A DNA stretch of 32,000 bases, taken from the NCBI RefSeq assembly GCF_000284115.1, contig NC_017080.1, positions 1,740,001 through 1,772,000 on the forward strand, in the 5' to 3' direction. A model generated the notes under the pieces. That model searched no databases. It worked only from the letters and a program-made list of their open reading frames with translations, and had not been told where the DNA came from. This stretch comes from Phycisphaera mikurensis NBRC 102666 (GTDB lineage Bacteria; Planctomycetota; Phycisphaerae; Phycisphaerales; Phycisphaeraceae). The position numbers and the translations under genes were made by a program. This document shows positions 25,401 to 32,000 of the stretch, piece by piece; positions within the stretch are counted from its first letter, which is position 1; each line of letters starts with the position of its first letter.

Positions 25401-27041
25401 ATGAGCGAGAGCAACCCCCCCAAGCCCGTCGTCGTCGTCGTCCGCGACGGCTGGGGCCACAACCCCGACCCGTCCCACGACGACTTCAACGCGGTGCACC
25501 TGGCCGAAACCCCCGGCAGCGACGGCCTGAAGGCGCGCTTCCCGCACACCCGCCTGCACACCAGCTCGCGGCACGTGGGCCTGCCCACCGGCACGATGGG
25601 CAACAGCGAGGTCGGGCACCAGAACATCGGCGCCGGCCGCGTGGTGAACCAGGAGTCGACGCGCATCACCGTCGCCGCCGAGGACGGCAGCTTCTTCGAG
25701 AACGTGGCGCTGCTCGCGGCCACCCGCGCCGCACGCGACGCCGGCAAGAAGCTGCACCTGCTGGGCATCGCCTCCGACGCCGGCGTCCACGGGCTGATGG
25801 ACCACCTCTACGCCTGCCTCGAGCTGGCCCGGCGGGAAGGCCTGCCGCCCGGGGACGTGTGCCTGCACCTGTTCAGCGACGGCCGCGACACCGGCCCCTT
25901 CACCGGCAAGGCGTTCCTGCGGGAGATCGAGGCGAAGTGCCGGGAGATCGGCGTGGGCCGCGTCGTCTCGCTGATCGGCCGCTACTTCGCCATGGACCGC
26001 GACAGCCGGTGGGAACGCGTGGCCCGGGCCCACGACCTGCTCACCGGCCGCGGGGAGACGCCGCCTTCCTTCGCCGACGCGGCCTCCGCCGCGCAGGCCT
26101 ACTACGACGCGCCGACGAACGACAGCCAGGCCGGCGACGAGTTCATCACGCCGCGGACGATCGGCGAGGACCCCGCCGGCACCCGCGTGTCCGCCGGCGA
26201 CGCGGTCGTCTTCTACAACTACCGCGGCGACCGGCCGCGCGAGCTCGTGCGGGCTTTCATGCAGCCCGACTTCCACGGCAACGTGCCGCCCTCGCCCGAC
26301 ACCGGCGAGCGTGGCTTCGACCGCGGCCCGGACCTGGGCCTCCGCTTCGTCTGCATGACCGCGTACGACGAGGGCTTCACCGGCTTCCCCGGCGTCACCG
26401 TCGCCTACCCCAAGCCGCCGAAGATGGGCGGCATCGGCGGCGAGGTGATCGCCGAAGCCGGGCTCACCCAGTTCCGCTGCGCCGAGACCGAGAAGTTCCC
26501 GCACGTCACCTTCTTCGCCAACGACTACCGCGAGGCGCCGTTCCCCGGCGAGACGCGCGGCATGGCGCAGAGCCCCAAGGTCGCGACCTACGACCTGCAG
26601 CCGGAGATGTCCGCCGACGAGGTGACGCGGCTGGTGCTCGAGCAGGTCGAAAGCGATGCCTGCCCGGACTTCATCCTCGTGAACTACGCCAACGGCGACA
26701 TGGTCGGTCACACCGGCAAGCTCGACGCCGCGATCGCCGCGGTCGAGAAGGTCGACGCCTGCGTGACGCGGCTCGTGGACGCGGTGCTCGCCCGGGGCGG
26801 GGCCCTGCTCGTCACGGCCGACCACGGCAACGCGGAGCAGATGTTCGACCCCTCCACCGGCAGCCCGCACACCGCGCACACCCTCAACGACGTCGACTGC
26901 ATCGTGGTGAAGGCCGGCCTGGACGCCGCGACGCCGCTGCGGTTCGGCGCGGCGCTGTGCGACGTCATGCCCACCGTGCTCGACCTCCTGGGCCTCGACA
27001 AGCCCGCCGCGATGACCGGCGCCACGCTGCTCGTCCGCTGA
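25401..27041 (+). CDS. gpmI: 2,3-bisphosphoglycerate-independent phosphoglycerate mutase
   Basis: ATG at 25401. TGTMGNSEVGHQNIGAGR, SDGGVH-like SDAGVHG, FSDGRDT, GRYFAMDRDSRWERV, FYNYRGDRPRE, NYANGDMVGHTG, TADHGNAE. Confidence 0.92.
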   Translation: MSESNPPKPVVVVVRDGWGHNPDPSHDDFNAVHLAETPGSDGLKARFPHTRLHTSSRHVGLPTGTMGNSEVGHQNIGAGRVVNQESTRITVAAEDGSFFENVALLAATRAARDAGKKLHLLGIASDAGVHGLMDHLYACLELARREGLPPGDVCLHLFSDGRDTGPFTGKAFLREIEAKCREIGVGRVVSLIGRYFAMDRDSRWERVARAHDLLTGRGETPPSFADAASAAQAYYDAPTNDSQAGDEFITPRTIGEDPAGTRVSAGDAVVFYNYRGDRPRELVRAFMQPDFHGNVPPSPDTGERGFDRGPDLGLRFVCMTAYDEGFTGFPGVTVAYPKPPKMGGIGGEVIAEAGLTQFRCAETEKFPHVTFFANDYREAPFPGETRGMAQSPKVATYDLQPEMSADEVTRLVLEQVESDACPDFILVNYANGDMVGHTGKLDAAIAAVEKVDACVTRLVDAVLARGGALLVTADHGNAEQMFDPSTGSPHTAHTLNDVDCIVVKAGLDAATPLRFGAALCDVMPTVLDLLGLDKPAAMTGATLLVR

Positions 27042-27058
27042 AGCGTCCGGCGGCCGCA

Positions 27059-27078
27059 GCCCGCCGCCGCCGGCGGGC
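27059..27078. terminator. Hairpin gcccgccg-ccgc-cggcgggc, 18 nt after the gpmI stop
   Basis: 8-bp perfect GC stem with a 4-nt loop. No T-tract. Immediately followed by element copy 5. Confidence 0.4.
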
Positions 27079-27087
27079 GGGGCGGCG

Positions 27088-27133
27088 CCGCGGACCGGCG
27101 GGCGTGGCGGGCCGAGACAGCCGCGGTCCGCGG
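27088..27133. repeat. 46-nt palindromic element copy 5, intergenic between gpmI and the GT21 gene
   Basis: Exact arms at 27088-27097 and 27124-27133, with a 26-nt spacer. Ends 13 nt before the ATG at 27146. Its right flank is aatcctcccccc. Confidence 0.85.
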
Positions 27134-27145
27134 AATCCTCCCCCC

Positions 27146-28432
27146 ATGCTTCCCCTCCCGCTGCAGCTCGTGGCCGCCGCGGTCCTCGCGGGCTGGTGCC
27201 TCCAGGCGCTGCTGGGGGCAATGCAGGTCCGCCGGTTCAGCAAGCGGCTGCGCCGCGGGGAGCGGCCCAGCTACGCGGCGTTCCGGCCCGAGGCCTGGGT
27301 GGTCGTGCCGTTCAAGGGGGTCGACGACGAGGGCGTCGCGAACCTGCACGCGCTCTTCCAACAGGACTACGGCGACTACCGCCTGCTCCTCGCGGTCGAG
27401 TCGGAGGAGGATCCGGCGTTCCGGCTTCTCAACGAGGAGCGGGCGAAGTTCCCGCGGATCCGCTCGGAGGTCGTCGTCGCCGGCCCCGCGCCACCGTTCC
27501 GTGGGCAGAAGGTGCACAACCAGCTCGCGGCCCTGCGGCACGCCCTCGCGGGCGAGGGGCTCGACGGCCCCCGGCCCGCGCCGCCGCGCTACCGCGACGA
27601 GCGGGCGTGGGTATTCGCCGACTCCGACGCCGCGGCCAACCCCGCCTGGCTGGGGAACCTCGTCGGGCCGCTGTCGCAGCGGGACAAGAACGCCGTCACC
27701 ACCGGCTACCGCTGGCTGGTGCCCGCCCGCGGCCCCGGCGGTCGCTTCCGCTGGGGCGGCCGCATCGCCAGCGTCATCAATGGCCAGGTCGCGACCTTCG
27801 CCTCGCTGGAGCGGGCGGCCTTCGCCTGGGGCGGGTCGATGGCGATCCTGGAGGGCACGGCCGAGGCCGGCGGCCTGCTGGAGCGGTGGGAGCGTGCTCT
27901 CTCCGACGACTTCCAGGTCACCGCCGTCGCCCGCTCGCTCGGCCGGCGCATCCTCTTCTTGCCCGAGTGCCTCGTCGAGTCGCCCGTGGACATGCCGCTG
28001 CGGAGCCTTCTCGAGTTCTCGCGCCGGCAGTACCTCATCACGCGCGTGCACGCGCCGCGGTTCTTCTACGCGGTGGTCGCCGCGGTGGGCTTCTACGTGT
28101 TCGCCGCGGCTTCGGCGTGGCTGCTGCTGCTCGCGGCGCCCTGGCACCGGGTGGGGTGGCTCGCGGCCGGCGCGGCCGCCGCGCTGCTCTTCGTGGCGGG
28201 CGCCAACCGGGTGCGGGCCGCCGCCCGGCGGCGCGTGGTGCGCGGCCTCTTCGGGCAGCAGACCGCCGAGCGGCTCGCGCCGGCGCTCCGCCTGGACCGC
28301 TGGGCGACCACCGCGGTGATGGCTCTCAACCTCGTGCTGCTCCTCCGCGGCTGCGTCGGCCGCACGATCCGCTGGCGCGGCCACGGCTACCGGCTTCGGG
28401 GGCCGATGGAGATCGAGCGGCTCTCTGCTTGA
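27146..28432 (+). CDS. Membrane glycosyltransferase, family 21-like (ceramide glucosyltransferase / HpnI-like)
   Basis: ATG at 27146. N-terminal TM, VVVPFKG, DYRLLLAVESEEDPA, the DxD-like VFADSDAAANPAWL, WGGSMAIL, and C-terminal TM helices. Confidence 0.7.
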   Translation: MLPLPLQLVAAAVLAGWCLQALLGAMQVRRFSKRLRRGERPSYAAFRPEAWVVVPFKGVDDEGVANLHALFQQDYGDYRLLLAVESEEDPAFRLLNEERAKFPRIRSEVVVAGPAPPFRGQKVHNQLAALRHALAGEGLDGPRPAPPRYRDERAWVFADSDAAANPAWLGNLVGPLSQRDKNAVTTGYRWLVPARGPGGRFRWGGRIASVINGQVATFASLERAAFAWGGSMAILEGTAEAGGLLERWERALSDDFQVTAVARSLGRRILFLPECLVESPVDMPLRSLLEFSRRQYLITRVHAPRFFYAVVAAVGFYVFAAASAWLLLLAAPWHRVGWLAAGAAAALLFVAGANRVRAAARRRVVRGLFGQQTAERLAPALRLDRWATTAVMALNLVLLLRGCVGRTIRWRGHGYRLRGPMEIERLSA

Positions 28433-28495
28433 TTGGCCCGGAGCATCGGGTGCCCCCCCCGGCCGGGTTGGTCCTCGTCTCCGCCGGAACGTACT

Positions 28496-28523
28496 CGCGG
28501 ACGCGGATCAGCCCGCGTCCGCG
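28496..28523. terminator. 11-bp perfect GC hairpin (cgcggacgcgg atcagc ccgcgtccgcg) straddling the minus-strand stop at 28508
   Basis: Read directly from the sequence. Lies 64 nt after the convergent GT21 stop. The loop contains the TGA of the adaptor-like gene. Confidence 0.45.
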
Positions 28524-29404
28524 GTCGGCGCCGGCCCGTCCAGCAGCGAAGGGGCGGCGGGCGCTTCGGGCAGGGCGTCGGTGTCGAAGAACACCACGAA
28601 GCCCGCGGGCAGCTTCTCCTGGTCGTTCTCGATCTCGAAGAGGCAGCGGAACGTGCGGCTGGCGGAATCGATGACCGGGTCGATCGCGATCAGCCGCCCG
28701 GGGATGGTCTCGCGGGAGATCACGAAATCGGGCTCGAGCGGGTACACCTCGCCGACCTTCAGGCGGCCGAACATCTCGATGGGCAGGTAGACGCGGGCGA
28801 GCAGGGGATCGAGGCTCACCAGCGAGAGGATCTCCTGGCCCCGCTGCAGGTTGGTGCCGGGCTCGACGTGCCGACGCGTGACCCGCCCGTCGAAGGGGCT
28901 GCGGACGCGGTGGCGGTGGAGCATCTCTTCCTGCAGCCGCAGCTCGGTCATGGCGAGCTTCCGCTGGTCCTCGGCGTCCTGGAGGCGGGCGGCGGCCTGG
29001 TCCCGCTGGAGCCGGGCCTGGCGCACCTCCCACTCGTTGGCGGCGCTGCCGGCCATGGCGTCTTCCTTCCGCGCGAGGATGATCTCCTGCTCGGCGAGCA
29101 CGGCGGAGGCTTCCGCGATGGGGGCCTCGGCCTCGGCGCGCAGCCTGGCCTTCTCCACCTCCACCGCCTGGAGCCGGTCGTCCATGAGCACGACGGCCTC
29201 GCCCTCGGGCACGCGATCGCCCTCCTGGTACGGCAGCTCGGCGACGATGGCGTCCAGCGGCGAGCCCAGCGTGACCTCGCGGCCGGGATCAACCAGGCCC
29301 TGCACCCGCTCGGCCGCGGCGGGACCCACGAGCCACATCGCGCCCGCCGCGCACGCGAGCAGCGGGAGCGCCAGAACCGGAGGTGAGCACGGACGCCGGA
29401 TCAC
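28508..29404 (-). CDS. HlyD-family periplasmic adaptor-like protein (biotin-lipoyl-like, coiled-coil hairpin, beta-barrel), with no cognate transporter adjacent
   Basis: GTG at 29404 overlaps the upstream stop as GTGA. Signal/TM VLALPLLACAAGAMWLV. Coiled coil LQAVEVEKARLRAEAE...RLQDAEDQRKLAMTELRLQEE. VRSPFDGRVTRRHVEPG is the typical adaptor motif. Confidence 0.7.
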   Translation of the reverse strand: MIRRPCSPPVLALPLLACAAGAMWLVGPAAAERVQGLVDPGREVTLGSPLDAIVAELPYQEGDRVPEGEAVVLMDDRLQAVEVEKARLRAEAEAPIAEASAVLAEQEIILARKEDAMAGSAANEWEVRQARLQRDQAAARLQDAEDQRKLAMTELRLQEEMLHRHRVRSPFDGRVTRRHVEPGTNLQRGQEILSLVSLDPLLARVYLPIEMFGRLKVGEVYPLEPDFVISRETIPGRLIAIDPVIDSASRTFRCLFEIENDQEKLPAGFVVFFDTDALPEAPAAPSLLDGPAPTADAG

Positions 29405-29808
29405 TGGACCTCCCGCCCGCCGGTGGCGATCTCGCCGTGGCGTCGCTCGTGGTCGCGGAGGATCCGCGTCAGCTCCAGCGTCAGCATCTTCGCGGTGCGG
29501 TAGGACATCACCGAGCGCTGCAGCCACTCCAGCTCGACCGCCCCGGCCACGCCCTCGGCGGCGTCGGGGCCGTTGGGGTCGAGCTTCACGAGGTTGAAGC
29601 CCATGTCGACGACCAGCTCCTCGCCGCTGGCGTGCGTGCGGAAGGCGTTGACGTAGGCCCGGCCGATGCCGTCCTCACGCTGCACGAGGCGGAGCCGCTG
29701 CCCGGCCGGCTCCTCCGACCCGGCGACGCCGTTGGCGGAGGGATCGGGTTCGGTTCCCTCGAAGCCGTGCGTGGCTTCGGCGTCCTGGTTTTCTTCTTGT
29801 TCGCTCAT
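29401..29808 (-). CDS. DUF3467 domain protein with acidic disordered N-terminus
   Basis: ATG at 29808 (MSEQEENQDAE...). Core AYVNAFRTHASGEELVVDMGF...RSVMSYRTAKMLTLELTRILRDHERRHGEI matches the DUF3467 pattern yaN-f-v-hs-eEf-lDfg ... vmsp-aK-l-L---i--yE--fGeI. No signal peptide. Confidence 0.7.
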   Translation of the reverse strand: MSEQEENQDAEATHGFEGTEPDPSANGVAGSEEPAGQRLRLVQREDGIGRAYVNAFRTHASGEELVVDMGFNLVKLDPNGPDAAEGVAGAVELEWLQRSVMSYRTAKMLTLELTRILRDHERRHGEIATGGREVQ

Positions 29809-29884
29809 GGTCGTTCCGGGGCCGGTGCCCGCTTGGATCCCGCCGGAGCAAGCTAGCGGGCCGCCCCGCCGGGCACACGGGGCG

Positions 29885-30736
29885 CTAGCGGTCGTCTGCA
29901 ACCGACCAGCCCGGCCCGGCGGGCGGGGTGGTGTCGAAGAGGCCCGGCTCGAAGCCGTCGACGGCGGCGGGGCGGAGCAGGTCGACCGCCTGGGTGTCGC
30001 CGCCGTCGCGGCCGGTGGCGCCCCGCAGCGGGAGGCCGGTGGCGGGGTCGAACCACACGTCCAGCGGGTCGGCCGGCCGGCCGTCCTCGCGTGCTTCGCG
30101 GGGGAACAGCCGCAGGTGGACCGGCGGGTCGGCGGCCGGGTCGGCTCCGGGCAGGGCGGGCGGCAGCGACTCGGCGGGGGCGTCGGCGTCGTCGACGAGC
30201 TCGACCCGGTAGAGCCGCTGCAGCTCCGCGGCGTCGACCCGCAGCGGGATCGGGAGCGTCCGCGTCAGGTCCTCGCCGCCGCCGACCTCCCGCAGACGCA
30301 CGCGGCGCAGGCCGCGGTCGACGTCGAGCAGCCGCTGCCCGTCCCAGATCAGCGAGCGGTCCAGCTCACGCAGCGTGCCGTCGACGGCCTCGCCGTCGAG
30401 ATCGATGCGGAAGCGGTCGACCGCCACGCCGCCCGCGGGATCGCTCGCCTGCCGGAGCCGGCCGAAGCGGACCTGCGCGTCGCCGAGGAGGCCCTGGACG
30501 GTGGTGTAGCGCAGCCGCGCGTCGAGGCCGCCGCGGCCGCGAGCCGCCGCCTCGAGGCGGTGGAGCCAGCCGGCGGCGGAGGCTTCTGCGTCGGCGGCGG
30601 CCTCCGCCGCCGCGGGCGGGCCGTCCGCCGCGGGCGAGGCGGCGGCCGCGTTGGGCAGGACCGCCGCGGCGAGGACCGCCCACGCCAGGGCACGCCGGCT
30701 CACCGCCTCGGGTCCGGGATCTCCGCGTCGAGCCAT
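29885..30736 (-). CDS. Secreted LolA-like (outer membrane lipoprotein carrier fold) protein, tentative
   Basis: Signal VSRRALAWAVLAAAVLPNAAAA. Pattern L-RLEAA...LDARLRYT...G-LR...FRIDL...LIWDGQRLLDVD...LQRLYRVELV...VHLRLFPRE...LDVWFDPATGLPL...FEPGLFDTTPPAGPGWSV follows the LolA/LolB-like strand layout. Assigned from pattern only. Confidence 0.5.
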   Translation of the reverse strand: MARRGDPGPEAVSRRALAWAVLAAAVLPNAAAASPAADGPPAAAEAAADAEASAAGWLHRLEAAARGRGGLDARLRYTTVQGLLGDAQVRFGRLRQASDPAGGVAVDRFRIDLDGEAVDGTLRELDRSLIWDGQRLLDVDRGLRRVRLREVGGGEDLTRTLPIPLRVDAAELQRLYRVELVDDADAPAESLPPALPGADPAADPPVHLRLFPREAREDGRPADPLDVWFDPATGLPLRGATGRDGGDTQAVDLLRPAAVDGFEPGLFDTTPPAGPGWSVADDR

Positions 30737-30751
30737 GACCCCGCTACGGCC

Positions 30752-30769
30752 GCGGAGTTCGCGGAGTTC
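30752..30769. repeat. Perfect tandem 9-mer GCGGAGTTC x2, 16-33 nt upstream of the LolA-like start codon
   Basis: Read directly from the sequence. A partial third unit (gc) follows. Confidence 0.7.
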
Positions 30770-31135
30770 GCCGGTGCCGGAGCCGCCCGCCGCAGCGGCC
30801 CGCCGTCGGCACCGGCCGGCTGGCGGCTGAGGTTCTGCCCCACCGGCAGGAGCAACGGGAGCATGAAGACGGCCACCTTCACCCGGAATCCGCTGGGGCG
30901 GCGCAGCCGCAGCGGGGCGGGAAGCAAGAGCAGGCGGCGGCCGGTCATCGACGCAGCGTAACCGGCTGAACCGCTTTCATCCTCACGACCCGGCCACGCC
31001 GGCCCGCCGGCTCCCGGAGCGGAAGGGTCCGGCCGCGGTGCGCTCGCCCTACGCTCGCGGCCGCACCCGCCGTCGGAGCCCCGGCGATCCGCCCCGCGCG
31101 ACCCCGTGCCGACGAGTCCTCCCCCGATCCAGCGC

Positions 31136-32000
31136 GTGCGGTGGCGTCCGTGCCCGGCGGTGGTCGCCGCGTGGCTGCTCGTCCTGCTCACGCTGGCGCT
31201 GCCCGGCGGGTCGGTCCTCGCCCAGCCCGCGACCCCGCTGCAGGTCTACCGCAGCGCCCACTACCGCGTCTTCACCGACCTCTCCCGCGCCGAGGCGGAG
31301 GGCTACGGCCGGCACATGGATCTGGTCCACCGCTCGTACGAGCGGTTCCTGCGCCGGCTCCGTGGCGACGCAGGGGCCCCGCAGGCCCTCTATCTGCTGA
31401 AGGATCGGGCCTCGTACCTCCGCACGCTCGCCTTCTTCGGCATCGACGGCTCGGCCTCGGGCGGGATGTTCTTCTACGGACCCCGCGGCTCGGGCCTGGC
31501 GACCTGGGTGGGCGACCGGCCGCGGGGCGAGGTGCTGCGGACGCTGCAGCACGAGGGCTTCCACCAGTTTGCGCGGCTGAAGGCGGGCGACGGGCTGCCG
31601 ATCTGGGTCAACGAGGGCCTGGCCGAGTACTTCGGGGACGCGGTCCTGGTCGAGGGCGGGGTGCGGCACGGCATCGTCGATGCCGACCGCCTGCAGCGGC
31701 TCCGCACCGCCCGCGACGCGGGCGCCACGCTGCCGCTGGCGGTCCTGTTGGGCCTGGATCCGGAGCGTTGGCGCCTGAATCTGACCAGCGGCTCGCCCCG
31801 CGGCCCGCTGCAGTACGACCAGGCCTGGTCGGCCGTGCAGTTCCTCATCCACGGCGATCCGCGGGTGGAGGAGGCGTTCTCCGACTACCTCGTCGCCCTC
31901 AGCGAGGGCGTCCCGCACGAGGAGGCGTTTCCCTCGGCGTTCGGCTCGGACCCCAGGCCGATGCAGGCGGCGTACCTGCGCTACCTCGCGGCGTTGCGGC
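31136..32000 (+). CDS. Secreted DUF1570-type putative zinc metallopeptidase (HExxH); the 3' end lies outside the window
   Basis: Absent from the ORF track because no stop occurs before the window end; I translated it myself. GTG at 31136 gives MRWRPCPAVVAAWLLVLLTLALPGGSVLAQP. Then YRSAHYRVFTDL, LQHEGFHQF (HExxH) and WVNEGLAEYF. An alternative GTG lies at 31106. Confidence 0.7.
   Translation, partial: MRWRPCPAVVAAWLLVLLTLALPGGSVLAQPATPLQVYRSAHYRVFTDLSRAEAEGYGRHMDLVHRSYERFLRRLRGDAGAPQALYLLKDRASYLRTLAFFGIDGSASGGMFFYGPRGSGLATWVGDRPRGEVLRTLQHEGFHQFARLKAGDGLPIWVNEGLAEYFGDAVLVEGGVRHGIVDADRLQRLRTARDAGATLPLAVLLGLDPERWRLNLTSGSPRGPLQYDQAWSAVQFLIHGDPRVEEAFSDYLVALSEGVPHEEAFPSAFGSDPRPMQAAYLRYLAALR

Noticed and set aside
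26151-26196. Possible degenerate seventh copy of the 46-nt element inside gpmI (ccgcggacga-N26-gtgtccgccg)
   Set aside because: Only 7 of 10 arm positions pair. The region encodes a length-conserved part of GpmI (ITPRTIGEDPAGTRVSAGDAVVFYNYRGDR). The spacing is correct, but I cannot distinguish it from chance plus codon bias without genome-wide statistics.
30861-30959. 32-codon plus-strand ORF MKTATFTRNPLGRRSRSGAGSKSRRRPVIDAA in the 400-bp divergent gap
   Set aside because: Short and highly basic, with no supporting signal and no way to test it from sequence alone.
1-32000. Search for tRNA, rRNA, CRISPR arrays, IS/transposase, integrase, toxin-antitoxin or known defence genes
   Set aside because: None recognised by eye. 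The intergenic regions are short apart from those discussed. No direct-repeat/spacer arrays were seen, and no translated ORF with good codon bias shows such motifs. A tRNAscan, Infernal or defence-finder run would be needed to be definitive.

Overview
Very GC-rich bacterial chromosomal segment (by eye above 70 percent GC; real genes have G/C at almost every third codon position, which I used to separate genes from the many spurious long ORFs). The protein idioms suggest a Planctomycetota/Phycisphaerae-like organism: a DUF1570 HExxH protein, a CxxCGYDL zinc-ribbon membrane protein, Tat-signal enzymes and a futalosine-pathway radical SAM enzyme. That placement is inference only.

I support 23 protein-coding genes:
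- Two divergently transcribed RND efflux operons: adaptor-pump-outer membrane factor on the minus strand, adaptor-pump on the plus strand.
- A minus-strand housekeeping string: small membrane protein, MGS-like/CodA-like amidohydrolase fusion, waaA, proB, GNAT, and a Tat-signal GH-A type glycosidase.
- A K+ channel-like gene, three small envelope proteins, plsY, gpmI and a GT21 glycosyltransferase.
- A LolA-like/DUF3467/HlyD-like operon.
- Partial genes at both window ends.

I saw no rRNA, tRNA, CRISPR array, transposase, integrase, phage or recognisable defence genes, and no transcription factor gene.

The most unusual signal is not a gene. It is a fixed-geometry 46-nt palindromic element, CCGCGGACCG-N26-CGGTCCGCGG, present 5 times exactly and once with one mismatch. 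The spacer is always exactly 26 nt. Copies sit at gene 3' ends and also inside coding sequence, where they form the C-terminal tails of both RND pumps and two segments of waaA.

Second-tier observations:
- a unique 132-nt imperfect palindrome with AT-rich termini between plsY and the zinc-ribbon gene;
- an orphan LolA-like/DUF3467/adaptor operon with a GTGA start/stop overlap;
- a trio of small secreted or anchored proteins that includes a tandem paralog pair;
- C-rich TCCTCCCC-type tracts in place of Shine-Dalgarno sequences.

All homology calls come from reading the translations. No database search or folding was run.
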